From the IMG/VR virus record IMGVR_UViG_3300034110_000988: a stretch of 57,257 bases of DNA. One strand, given 5' to 3'. Positions 30,586-38,904 of this stretch are shown here, piece by piece; the stretch's first letter is position 1; every line of letters begins with the position of its first letter. The position numbers and the translations under genes are program-made. The notes under the pieces were generated by a model. The model saw only the letters and a list, made by a program, of their open reading frames with translations, had not been told where the DNA came from and did no database searches. Origin of the DNA: an uncultured virus (IMG/VR IMGVR_UViG_3300034110_000988). Its lineage: Duplodnaviria > Heunggongvirae > Uroviricota > Caudoviricetes.

Positions 30586-30614
30586 TTTACATAAAATCAG
30601 TTTTTAGCTATACT
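30586..30614 (+). promoter_or_regulatory. sigma70-type promoter of repeated cassette copy 2
   Basis: TTTACA-17 nt-TATACT. Confidence 0.85.
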
Positions 30615-30648
30615 AACCTCACACAAATAGAAGCAATGGAGAAAAACC

Positions 30649-30783
30649 ATGACCCAAGTAGCACTGACCAAAGAGCAAGAAATTGACGCAGCTTACGCCC
30701 AGATGAAGGCTCAGGAACAAAAAGACAAGAACGCCGCGTGGGAACGTGCGGAAGCCGAACAGAATAAAGGCAAAGATCTTTAA
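30649..30783 (+). CDS. micro-protein copy 2, 44 aa (not in ORF track)
   Basis: MTQVALTKEQEIDAAYAQMKAQEQKDKNAAWERAEAEQNKGKDL. Confidence 0.9.
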   Translation: MTQVALTKEQEIDAAYAQMKAQEQKDKNAAWERAEAEQNKGKDL

Positions 30784-30914
30784 CTAGATTGAGCCAATAA
30801 AATAAGAAAAAAGCCCTTTACCGGGCTTTTTTTATTTCAACAGTTTATTAAAACTACCTTTTTTTGGTGGTTTGTGGTATAATCAACTTTCAATTTTAAT
30901 GGAGTATTTAAACA

Positions 30915-31562
30915 ATGCCGACAAAAACTACATTTATTGTTGTGGACAATGAAGCTCACTTAGATGATTTCGATGCTCATTCTCTCAATTTTAACCATGA
31001 ACGTGATGTGGATAAAATTGCCGGTGTTATTTTGCGTGATACTCGTAAAGCATTGGGTTATCTTCCTGTTTTCTATTATGACCGTGAAGGCTACATTACA
31101 GGCTTTGAAGGTTGGGGCGGTGATGAAATTGAAGTTACTGTTGTTCCATCAGGGTTGGATTTGTCCACTACTCTGGTTGATGTTGAACCACCAAAATCGA
31201 AGTTGCCGTATTATCGTTACAGTGCGAGAGCAAGCCAAGAAGGTGGTCAAGGTGGTCTTGAAGTCAAGATTTACACCAAGCAATCTAATCTGCAGCCTGT
31301 CATTGTGATTAAAGCCATTGTCACACAACTGCTTAAAAAAGATGTTTCACCTATTTTGGATCTAAAGTTTGCTGTTTACCAAGATTTCAAAGATGGACGG
31401 CTAAGCCAGCCTAATGACCCTTATTATTCAGTGATGGAAGAAGAAGCTGTTTCGCTGGGTAAGGCCATTGACCAGAAGTTTCAAGATGGTGATCATAATC
31501 CAACCTCGCTGATTATGTTGGTTCATCATTTCTTGGTGAGTGGTATTGCTGGTGCGGCTTAA
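30915..31562 (+). CDS. hypothetical protein
   Basis: GGAG SD, TGGTATAAT promoter, UUCG terminator. Confidence 0.85.
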   Translation: MPTKTTFIVVDNEAHLDDFDAHSLNFNHERDVDKIAGVILRDTRKALGYLPVFYYDREGYITGFEGWGGDEIEVTVVPSGLDLSTTLVDVEPPKSKLPYYRYSARASQEGGQGGLEVKIYTKQSNLQPVIVIKAIVTQLLKKDVSPILDLKFAVYQDFKDGRLSQPNDPYYSVMEEEAVSLGKAIDQKFQDGDHNPTSLIMLVHHFLVSGIAGAA

Positions 31563-31659
31563 CACGATTCTTTTTTAAATGGGCCTTCGGGCCTTTTTTT
31601 GCTTGTTGCAATTATATTTTTTGTTGATAGACTAACGATAATAAACATTTAATTTAATT

Positions 31660-31842
31660 ATGAAAACAGAGAATATAAAAACAGACAAAACCACAATTAT
31701 AGCTATCATCGGACTTATTCTTTTTGTATTAGGTTTTATAGCTTTCTTTATTTTTAGTGACTTTAATCACACTGGTGTTTTGGATAACTGTAAGCGTAAT
31801 AATGATAACTATTCTATGAACTGTAAACAATTTGATTGGTAA
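31660..31842 (+). CDS. small single-TM protein with two Cys
   Basis: Hydrophobic helix then GVLDNC...NC. Confidence 0.75.
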   Translation: MKTENIKTDKTTIIAIIGLILFVLGFIAFFIFSDFNHTGVLDNCKRNNDNYSMNCKQFDW

Positions 31843-31915
31843 ACAAATATTTCACCTTTTTTGCAATTACATTTTTGTTTGTTATGCTTGAATATGACTA
31901 ACCTTTAATTTTATT

Positions 31916-32098
31916 ATGAAACAAAAAACGGCTATCATTATTATTTCAACCAGTCTTTTTGCTTTTGCTATTGTCTATGGGGCGTTATATTTTTCTGGGG
32001 CGTATGACCAGATTGGTGATTATGATGATTGTCGATATCCTAGTTATTCAAGATATTCACACAATTCAGAGACTTCTTTTTGTCCACAAAAATATTGA
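31916..32098 (+). CDS. small single-TM protein with two Cys, paralog of previous
   Basis: Hydrophobic helix then GDYDDC...FC. Confidence 0.75.
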   Translation: MKQKTAIIIISTSLFAFAIVYGALYFSGAYDQIGDYDDCRYPSYSRYSHNSETSFCPQKY

Positions 32099-32160
32099 AT
32101 TTAATTGCATTTTTTATCATTTCTTGCTATAATCCCTTATCTTATTAAAGGTAAATACCT

Positions 32161-33063
32161 ATGCCGATCTCAGAATTACGCTTTACTGGATTTAAAGACG
32201 CCAATGGTCTGGATATCCATGAGGGTGACTATCTTATTCTCAAACTCAGTGATCTACCCGTAGATGAAATCAAACAACGCACGTTAAATGTCATGATGGA
32301 CGCTTATGATATTCAATACATGCAAGCCTATATCAAGCCTACTGGTCAACTTCGCTATGACCTCGACGTTATTTATGTTGATGGCAGTAACCATGCGTTA
32401 ACGGAAGTCGAATATGCGTTCATTTATGAACAGCATGACATGAGCAAAGAAGAATTTTGGGCGGAATTTGCAACGCATTCCAAACTTGATGCAATTGAAA
32501 CCTGCCCAAGCTTTCATTATTTTTCCATGTTAAACGGTATTGCGAAAACTCGACTGTGGAGGAAATCACAACCACTGGTTAATCGTGACCACATTACAGC
32601 AATGGATTTGCAATTGTTTGACAATCAACAAAATCCAATTACTCAGGGCCAGCATTTCTTGTTTACTATCCCTGATGATGTTTTCAATGCGGAACATGAC
32701 ATTTTCTACGGTGGCAATCTTGGTAAAGACATGCGAAAAACCGCCTGTCGTCATTTTTTAATTTATGTTATTCCCACTGACTTTTTGGCTGTTCGTTTGA
32801 TGACGTGTTTTCTTAAAGATGACATGACACCTTTTACTATTGCCGAAGATGAAGCAATCTTTGGACATGATGCTGAATATTTTTCTCATGATGGCATTGA
32901 CCTGAATACTGTTGATAAGCAAGAAGTATCCTTATCTTATGTAGAAGACGCCTTTACATTTGTTCGGTATCTGATCAGTAAGCGTTGGTTGGCTCACGAA
33001 CCTAATCCAGCGATTGATTTGTCAAAACTGAAAATCGGATATAAACACTTTTACTCAGCGTAA
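32161..33063 (+). CDS. YopX-like N-terminal motif protein, apparent internal duplication
   Basis: FTGFKDANGLDIHEGD; degenerate second copy LFDNQQNPITQGQ. Confidence 0.65.
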   Translation: MPISELRFTGFKDANGLDIHEGDYLILKLSDLPVDEIKQRTLNVMMDAYDIQYMQAYIKPTGQLRYDLDVIYVDGSNHALTEVEYAFIYEQHDMSKEEFWAEFATHSKLDAIETCPSFHYFSMLNGIAKTRLWRKSQPLVNRDHITAMDLQLFDNQQNPITQGQHFLFTIPDDVFNAEHDIFYGGNLGKDMRKTACRHFLIYVIPTDFLAVRLMTCFLKDDMTPFTIAEDEAIFGHDAEYFSHDGIDLNTVDKQEVSLSYVEDAFTFVRYLISKRWLAHEPNPAIDLSKLKIGYKHFYSA

Positions 33064-33077
33064 TAGGAGATTATTAA

Positions 33078-33341
33078 ATGAAACTGCCATTTCTACAAAC
33101 TTATTCTAAAAGCCTTACCAGAATTGACAATGTGTTAGTTGCACTGCATCAGATTACTCATACGGAACCTGTTTTTACCGACCATGTTAATGTTTCTGTC
33201 AATAGACCATTAGAGATTAAAGCGTTAAGACAAGTCACTCTTATCAACGGTTCAAAGCACTATGTTTCAGCCAAATTACTTAATAGTTTGATCGATGTTG
33301 AAACGCCTTACGGACTTCAAGCAGATGATAATGGGGCATAA
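33078..33341 (+). CDS. hypothetical protein
   Basis: AGGAG SD. Confidence 0.8.
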   Translation: MKLPFLQTYSKSLTRIDNVLVALHQITHTEPVFTDHVNVSVNRPLEIKALRQVTLINGSKHYVSAKLLNSLIDVETPYGLQADDNGA

Positions 33342-33381
33342 AAAAACCACCTGAAAAGGTGGTTTTCTATTTCTGGTGTGT

Positions 33382-33567
33382 TTACTCTCGACCCGAAAAA
33401 TCAGTTTGGAGATACGCATCTTCGGAACGAGCATCTTGCATTTTCTTTTCAATAATGTATTTCAACTCATTCAGCAAACCAGCCGCCTTGAACTTTTCAA
33501 ATACTTCGTTACATTTTTCTACATCTTCAACCTTGTCTTGCCAATGATACAATTCTTCTCTTTCCAT
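33382..33567 (-). CDS. small hypothetical protein
   Basis: AGGTGGAG SD on minus strand; convergent terminator at 33340-33367. Confidence 0.7.
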   Translation of the reverse strand: MEREELYHWQDKVEDVEKCNEVFEKFKAAGLLNELKYIIEKKMQDARSEDAYLQTDFSGRE

Positions 33568-33727
33568 TTTAAACACTCCACCTATGAAATTTCTTGTCTG
33601 TATTATACTTTATTTTAAATTTTTATTCAATTAAAAAATACATTTATTGCGTTTACGTTGAAATAGGTTGTCTTGAAACCTGCTTTTTGCTATAATGGCT
33701 TCATTAAACAGCTATGGAATCTTGATC

Positions 33728-34156
33728 ATGACAACTGCACAAGAACACGTTTGGACGAATGCAGATATTGAAACCCTTTTGAGTGGTTTTAAAGCATCTT
33801 TGGAAATGATGGATGGCTATTACAGCACTAGCGAGGCTGGTCAAGATCTTCGTGATCTTTATAATAGCTTTAAACAACGCCGTGAAGACTTGAAACCTGT
33901 TGTAGTGTCCACTTTGCACAATGCCAAATGCAAAATTTGCGAGAAAGAGTTTGTTCGTTCTGGTCATGGTAAATTACTGAATGCGACCGAACAAAATTCA
34001 GCCGTGATGAGCCATATCATGAATGTTCATAAAATCCATGATTACGACGCTCGTAAGAAGAACTTGCAAAAAGCCAGTGTAACCCGTGTAACCTATGCTA
34101 ATCGCAATGATTGCAATCGTGGTATTGTCCAAAGCCAACGCAAAGACAAAAAATAA
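33728..34156 (+). CDS. C2H2-type zinc-finger-like protein
   Basis: CKIC...HIMNVH. Confidence 0.7.
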   Translation: MTTAQEHVWTNADIETLLSGFKASLEMMDGYYSTSEAGQDLRDLYNSFKQRREDLKPVVVSTLHNAKCKICEKEFVRSGHGKLLNATEQNSAVMSHIMNVHKIHDYDARKKNLQKASVTRVTYANRNDCNRGIVQSQRKDKK

Positions 34157-34188
34157 TCCACGTTTTAAATTAAAAAAGGTGACAGACA

Positions 34189-34614
34189 ATGGAAGTTAGA
34201 CTTCAAGAAAATATCGAATTCAACACGGCTGATGACTTTCAAAAGGTTATCACTAACTTTGAAACCTTGGCTGGTATGCTGGGTAAGCGTATGGCTCCCA
34301 CCACGACGCTATTCATGATACCTTTCTATGCCATTAACGATGAAATAATCTTCGCTACCACTATCATGGGAGAGCGTGAGTATATTCGCCATCAACGTGG
34401 TAATCGCAACTTCAAAAACAAAGAAGTCGTAGACTGCTTTGACATGGTGAATGGTTTGCTGAAAAATGAACTTGATACCATTATCAAGAATCTTTCAAAG
34501 CCTGATCTGGTGGCTTACGCCTTGGATATTAGCACTGACATGATTACTTCCGTGGTCAAATTGCACCGTGATGGACAACCGTATGTTACTGTAAAAAATA
34601 CCTCAAATAAATAA
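34189..34614 (+). CDS. hypothetical protein
   Basis: AAGGTG SD. Confidence 0.8.
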   Translation: MEVRLQENIEFNTADDFQKVITNFETLAGMLGKRMAPTTTLFMIPFYAINDEIIFATTIMGEREYIRHQRGNRNFKNKEVVDCFDMVNGLLKNELDTIIKNLSKPDLVAYALDISTDMITSVVKLHRDGQPYVTVKNTSNK

Positions 34615-34620
34615 AAACGC

Positions 34621-34649
34621 TTTACACAAAAACACGATTTTGTTATAAT
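34621..34649 (+). promoter_or_regulatory. sigma70-type promoter of repeated cassette copy 3
   Basis: TTTACA-17 nt-TATAAT. Confidence 0.85.
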
Positions 34650-34686
34650 TAACCTACACAAACAAATGAAGTAACGGAGAAATACC

Positions 34687-34821
34687 ATGACCCAAGTAAC
34701 TCTGACCAAAGAACAAGAAATCGAAGCAGCCTACGCACAGATGAAGGCTCAGGAACAAAAAGACAAGAATGCTGCATGGGAACGAGCAGAAGCTGACCAG
34801 AACAAAGGCAAGGCTGAATAA
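34687..34821 (+). CDS. micro-protein copy 3, 44 aa (not in ORF track)
   Basis: MTQVTLTKEQEIEAAYAQMKAQEQKDKNAAWERAEADQNKGKAE. Confidence 0.9.
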   Translation: MTQVTLTKEQEIEAAYAQMKAQEQKDKNAAWERAEADQNKGKAE

Positions 34822-34841
34822 CATTTTGTAGGAGTTTTGCA

Positions 34842-35021
34842 ATGATTTTACACTGGGTTGGTTTTGCACTCTTACTGGTTATCGGATTTACCTTGTTCAT
34901 AGGTGGTCTTTTAAACTTGTTGGGAAGTGGTGATCGAACTGGCCCAGAATTTAAAGTCAGCAACATTGTTCAAGTTTTAATCGGCTTAGCTCTCTTTATC
35001 GGTGCATTTTTCTTAAAATAA
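34842..35021 (+). CDS. two-TM micro-protein, 59 aa (not in ORF track)
   Basis: AGGAG SD; MILHWVGFALLLVIGFTLFIGG...VLIGLALFIGAFFLK. Confidence 0.8.
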   Translation: MILHWVGFALLLVIGFTLFIGGLLNLLGSGDRTGPEFKVSNIVQVLIGLALFIGAFFLK

Positions 35022-35159
35022 TCCGTTGACACTCAACATAAAGAAGCCCTTCACGGGGCTTTTTTTATATCTTTATTTTTTCTATTTTTTTTACAATTTT
35101 GTGTTTAAAAAAAATTCATTTTCTGTTAAAACCATGTTTCTATCAGAGGTATATAAATC

Positions 35160-35360
35160 ATGAGTATTAAACAATTGCTTGAAGACAATCCAGAACTGGC
35201 GAAGTCGTTTGATCAGATTGCCCAAGAATACATGAGCATTGACACGCTAGAAACTCGCAACAGCGATTCGCTTGATTTTTACGATTGCTCAGTGTGGAGC
35301 ATCCGTAACGCTTTGGCAAAGGCTTATGAATTGGGTAAAGCGGCAAAAGAATCTAAGTAA
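35160..35360 (+). CDS. conserved mobile-element small protein (DUF6900-like)
   Basis: IDTLETRNSDSLDFYDCSVWSIRNALAKAYELG motif. Confidence 0.75.
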   Translation: MSIKQLLEDNPELAKSFDQIAQEYMSIDTLETRNSDSLDFYDCSVWSIRNALAKAYELGKAAKESK

Positions 35361-35452
35361 TCGTTACAAAAAGGTTGAATGTTGGGTTGTTTTTTGCTAT
35401 AATAGCCTCATTGAAAAGCAGTATCCATGCTTGTTAAATAGAGGTTTCGCTT

Positions 35453-35680
35453 ATGTGCAGCAGAACTGACGCTGATGGGTTTCTTCCTTGTCCTTTTTGT
35501 GGTGGCACTGTCATCCATATGGAAACGTGGAGCCGCCAACGGGGGGAATGGCAAGGAAAAGTAACCAATGAGTGCTGTGGCTATACGTTTATTGTCTTGA
35601 ATGTGTATAGCTCGACCAAGAAAGAAGTCATCGAGTTCTACAAAAAAATGTGGAACAAAAGGCCAGAAAAAGCTTGCTAA
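35453..35680 (+). CDS. Lar (restriction alleviation)-like zinc-ribbon protein
   Basis: LPCPFCGG...CCG...WNKR pattern. Confidence 0.65.
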   Translation: MCSRTDADGFLPCPFCGGTVIHMETWSRQRGEWQGKVTNECCGYTFIVLNVYSSTKKEVIEFYKKMWNKRPEKAC

Positions 35681-35702
35681 GCGGTTCGAAATTTGATAGA
35701 AT
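35674..35702 (+). promoter_or_regulatory. sigma70-type promoter of ncRNA/tRNA unit
   Basis: TTGCTA-17 nt-TAGAAT. Confidence 0.7.
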
Positions 35703-35708
35703 GGCGAC

Positions 35709-35885
35709 ATTGAAACAGAGCAGCAAACAGAATTCGGAGCCTGCGTAAAAGTGGGTTGGGTGGCAGCGGTGTCGCGGGCAAGCCATCAATGAGACATGAG
35801 AGCAATTTCTGTCTCGCGGTAGAATGGGAATTATAGCCCAAGCGGTTATGATTAAAACGGCTGGGTGAGTCGGCCCTTTCTACCA
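35709..35885 (+). ncRNA. GC-rich structured RNA of unknown class, ending in a cloverleaf-like domain
   Basis: No credible ORF; GAGACA/TGTCTC hairpin; GGTAGAA(35818)/TTCTACC(35884) closing three small arms. Confidence 0.55.
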
Positions 35886-35904
35886 CACCTAATTTAAAGT
35901 TTAT

Positions 35905-36060
35905 ACAGTAGTAGCTCAATGGATGTTTAAAGGAAGCCGCGACTTGCAAGGAGATTCTAGACTCTTTTCTTGACGGTTTGGCCTATGTTAAACTAGCTTT
36001 CGACAGCAGAGTGTGCCCTGATAAGGCAAGGCGTTGGTTCGATTCCAGCCTACTGTACCA
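35905..36060 (+). tRNA. tRNA-Ile(GAT)-like gene with ~84-nt insertion in the D-loop; encoded CCA
   Basis: ACAGTAG/CTACTGT acceptor, GCTC/GAGT D stem, TGCC-CTGATAA-GGCA, GTTGG-TTCGATT-CCAGC, ACCA end. Confidence 0.8.
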
Positions 36061-36067
36061 ACAACGG

Positions 36068-36102
36068 AAAACAACTTGTTGAAAGACAGGTTGTTTTTTT
36101 TT
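36068..36102 (+). terminator. terminator of tRNA unit
   Basis: AAACAACTTGTT-GAAA-GACAGGTTGTTT-T run. Confidence 0.85.
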
Positions 36103-36193
36103 ACCTGCAAATTATTAAATATAATCAAAAAACACTTTCTTTGCCTGCCGATGTTTGGTATAATAAACCTTCAATATTTGGAGATACTACGAA

Positions 36194-36391
36194 ATGATGA
36201 CCAACACGACTTCCCAAATCAAAGTTGTCAAAAACGAAGGCGACTTCAAGCGTGCAATGGAAGCTGGCTTCGCTGTCAACCTTTTTGAATGTTCCGAAAC
36301 CGAAATGTGGTTGGTTCTACCGATGAAAGATGCGGACATGAAGCGTTATGCTGAACACTATCATTTTGAACCCGTCGCTATCACTCAGTAA
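36194..36391 (+). CDS. hypothetical protein
   Basis: GGAG SD, TGGTATAAT. Confidence 0.8.
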   Translation: MMTNTTSQIKVVKNEGDFKRAMEAGFAVNLFECSETEMWLVLPMKDADMKRYAEHYHFEPVAITQ

Positions 36392-36407
36392 GGTAAGGAA
36401 ATCTATC

Positions 36408-36617
36408 ATGGTTGATATTGTTAGCTTGGCAGAAAAAAGAATGTGTGTTTGTGTTAAATGCAAATCCGTATTATCTTTTTCGCCAAAGGATGTAACTGAG
36501 TTTGTTGAGCGAAAGTATATCGGTCAGGCTCAGAAACGATACTCCTTGATTTGTCCAGAATGCGATTACAAGCTGGTTTCTTCGTTGTCTTGGTTTCCAG
36601 TAGGTCATTGCGAATAA
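36408..36617 (+). CDS. zinc-ribbon protein
   Basis: CVKC...CPEC; AAGGA SD. Confidence 0.8.
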   Translation: MVDIVSLAEKRMCVCVKCKSVLSFSPKDVTEFVERKYIGQAQKRYSLICPECDYKLVSSLSWFPVGHCE

Positions 36618-36719
36618 CTCAGCGGAAACAACATTTTTGAATTTAATGGTCAATGAATGTTGTTTTCAACCTTAAAATTTGCTATAATCCATTCACTTAA
36701 TCAAATAGAGAACTCAATC

Positions 36720-37148
36720 ATGAATCCAGTTATCATTTCTTTGCCATTGAACTCTTACGATGTTGGCCCATTGGATGCGTCCATTGCTGTCATTCACACC
36801 ACCTTGTCGGCTCCTGAGTTTGATGCGGTGTTCCGTGATGCACTTCATACCTATATTGAAGGCTGGATGGAGTTTGAACCCGCTGTTCAACGCCTGCTGG
36901 CTGAAACTGAAAAGTTTGAGTATGAAACGCCTGAACACAACGAAGCTCTTGAAGTGTTCAACGTTGAATTCGTTAAACAGCGAGAGTTTGGTGAAGCCAA
37001 CCAAGTGTTTGAGCATGAAGGTCAGAAACTGCTGCTGACTCGCTTCATCGAAAACCAGCAAGCCCCAGCAGAGTTTTCTGTCATGAGTTTGGCAGAATGG
37101 CTTCAAATGAAGAACACCGAAACGACTACAGGATTTACTATCGAGTAA
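36720..37148 (+). CDS. acidic hypothetical protein
   Basis: ORF after TGCTATAAT. Confidence 0.8.
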   Translation: MNPVIISLPLNSYDVGPLDASIAVIHTTLSAPEFDAVFRDALHTYIEGWMEFEPAVQRLLAETEKFEYETPEHNEALEVFNVEFVKQREFGEANQVFEHEGQKLLLTRFIENQQAPAEFSVMSLAEWLQMKNTETTTGFTIE

Positions 37149-37273
37149 CTGCAGTTCGTTTTCAGACGACCCTAGATCAGATGATTTAGGGTTTTTTTAT
37201 GCGTAAAATTTATTGACCTCATCATGAAAAACCTGTAAAATAGTTCCATTAAACACATTAGGGTGCATTTAAA

Positions 37274-37945
37274 ATGATCAACATGATCGAATTAGTTAAA
37301 GAAAAGTTTGAAAATGCTCGACTTTTCGACAATACCAATAACGATGCGATTGTTCCCATTAATTTCAACATTGATACCACTTCCAAAATTCTGTTTGTGG
37401 TAGGATCGAATGCCAGTGGCAAAAGCCTTGTGGGCCGTATCGTAGAACTTGTTTCTAAAGAAGCGGGTGTTCCTAAACGTTCCTGTTCGATGCGAAATCG
37501 CACGTCTGGCGAGTTGGGCCAACGTATGGTCTTTGGCACCGAGGATGATGACAGCACCGGCAACAATAGCGTTCACACTACCGTCATCGGTTTGAAATCG
37601 ACCGTAGAAGCTGACAACGCTGTTTTGATTTTGGACGAACCTGATATCGGCCTTGCTGATGAGTATTCGGCGGCTTTGGGGCAATACATCGCTCAAAATG
37701 TGAATCAACACCATGAAAAACTCGGCCTCATTGTCCTTATAACTCACTCTCACAAGCTGATTGATATGGCTATCAATGAACTCACAGTGCCGTTCTCTAC
37801 CGTGTTTGTAGGTGACGATAAAACGTCTTTTGAAGAATGGCGTGAACGTCCATTCAAAGCGGCCAGCATTGAAGAGTTGTTGGATCTCAAAAACAAAAGC
37901 CATGAAACTTGGGGACGGGTGCAAAAACTTCTCAATGGAAAATGA
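37274..37945 (+). CDS. stand-alone ABC-type ATPase
   Basis: Walker A GSNASGKS, STG signature-like, Walker B LILDEPD, H-loop LITHS. Confidence 0.85.
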   Translation: MINMIELVKEKFENARLFDNTNNDAIVPINFNIDTTSKILFVVGSNASGKSLVGRIVELVSKEAGVPKRSCSMRNRTSGELGQRMVFGTEDDDSTGNNSVHTTVIGLKSTVEADNAVLILDEPDIGLADEYSAALGQYIAQNVNQHHEKLGLIVLITHSHKLIDMAINELTVPFSTVFVGDDKTSFEEWRERPFKAASIEELLDLKNKSHETWGRVQKLLNGK

Positions 37946-38028
37946 GTGTTGAAAAACATCATTTTTGACTTGCACTCATAACCTTTTTTAGCTATAATCC
38001 CCCTACTACTTAATGCGGAGTTGATCTT

Positions 38029-38322
38029 ATGATTACCAAACACAATGGCTTCATCATTCTTGGTTCTACTGGTTGCTCTTGCTGCCGTTGCGATAACTTC
38101 GTTCAGGGTATTTTTGATAACGAAGAAGACGCCAAAGCCACGGTTGAACATCATCGCCGCAATAAAACAGTTGCTTCGCAATACTCGGCAACTGGCAATT
38201 ACACCATCAAGCCTGTTGAATACGAACTCATCAATGATGGTCGTGTTATTTTGGAAGACCGTGTGCTGGATAGCACTTCTTTCACGCTGACTGGTGAAGA
38301 CAGTTACTACGCTTTTTCATAA
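38029..38322 (+). CDS. Cys-rich hypothetical protein
   Basis: GCSCCRC; GGAG SD. Confidence 0.8.
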   Translation: MITKHNGFIILGSTGCSCCRCDNFVQGIFDNEEDAKATVEHHRRNKTVASQYSATGNYTIKPVEYELINDGRVILEDRVLDSTSFTLTGEDSYYAFS

Positions 38323-38340
38323 CCATAATCGAGGTTGCTA

Positions 38341-38520
38341 ATGATAGTCCGAACAGATGACCTTAAAAGACACCATCGTATCAGTTGGTATCTTTGGATC
38401 GCACAAGCAGTTTGTCTTTTTATCACCTTTGTCATGGGGGTTGCACCAGCCCTTTTCGGCTGTTTGATTCTGGCTCTGGTGATGGGTTTGCGTGGTGATA
38501 AATACAGTGATGAGTATTAA
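38341..38520 (+). CDS. small two-TM membrane protein
   Basis: GAGG SD; hydrophobic segments. Confidence 0.7.
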   Translation: MIVRTDDLKRHHRISWYLWIAQAVCLFITFVMGVAPALFGCLILALVMGLRGDKYSDEY

Positions 38521-38561
38521 AAATCGTTGACAACAGCTCTCATTTAAGCTAATATAGTCTC

Positions 38562-38658
38562 AACAGCGTTACATCCTCTCATGATTTTAGATCATTGACG
38601 ATGTAGCCATTATGCTTCAAACACCTAAACCCTTATTGGACGCTCTAAGGGTTTTTTT
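38562..38658 (+). ncRNA. putative sRNA cassette 1
   Basis: TTGACA-17-TAATAT promoter (38527-38555), GTTACATC/GATGTAGC hairpin, terminator AAACCCTTA...TAAGGGTTT. Confidence 0.6.
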
Positions 38659-38717
38659 GTATCCAAAATTCAACAAAATTTCTTGCTATTTTTTATCCGT
38701 TGGTCTATACTAGTCTT

Positions 38718-38816
38718 AATCGAGCCAGCTCCCATGTTGTTAACTAGATTTTCAATACGTGTTGGCCTTCTGCAACAGCAAATCAAACCCTTCTAGGACG
38801 CTTTAAGGGTTTTTTT
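38718..38816 (+). ncRNA. putative sRNA cassette 2, paralogous architecture
   Basis: TTGCTA-17-TATACT promoter (38683-38711), GCCAGC/GTTGGC hairpin, terminator AAACCCTT...AAGGGTTT. Confidence 0.6.
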
Positions 38817-38904
38817 GTGCCTGAAATTTGATAAATTTATTGTAATAGATAACTAATTCCGCTATAATCAATCCAAGAAAACTTATCTTATTGAGGATTT
38901 ACCC

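Noticed and set aside
35923..36006. Group I or group II intron, or tmRNA, as the identity of the tRNA insert
   Set aside because: Too short for a self-splicing intron core; tmRNA replaces the anticodon arm, whereas here that arm is intact and there is no G3-U70 alanine identity pair.
35677..36288. ORFs 35677..35949 (-) and 36034..36288 (+)
   Set aside because: They overlap the ncRNA, tRNA and terminator; no SD.
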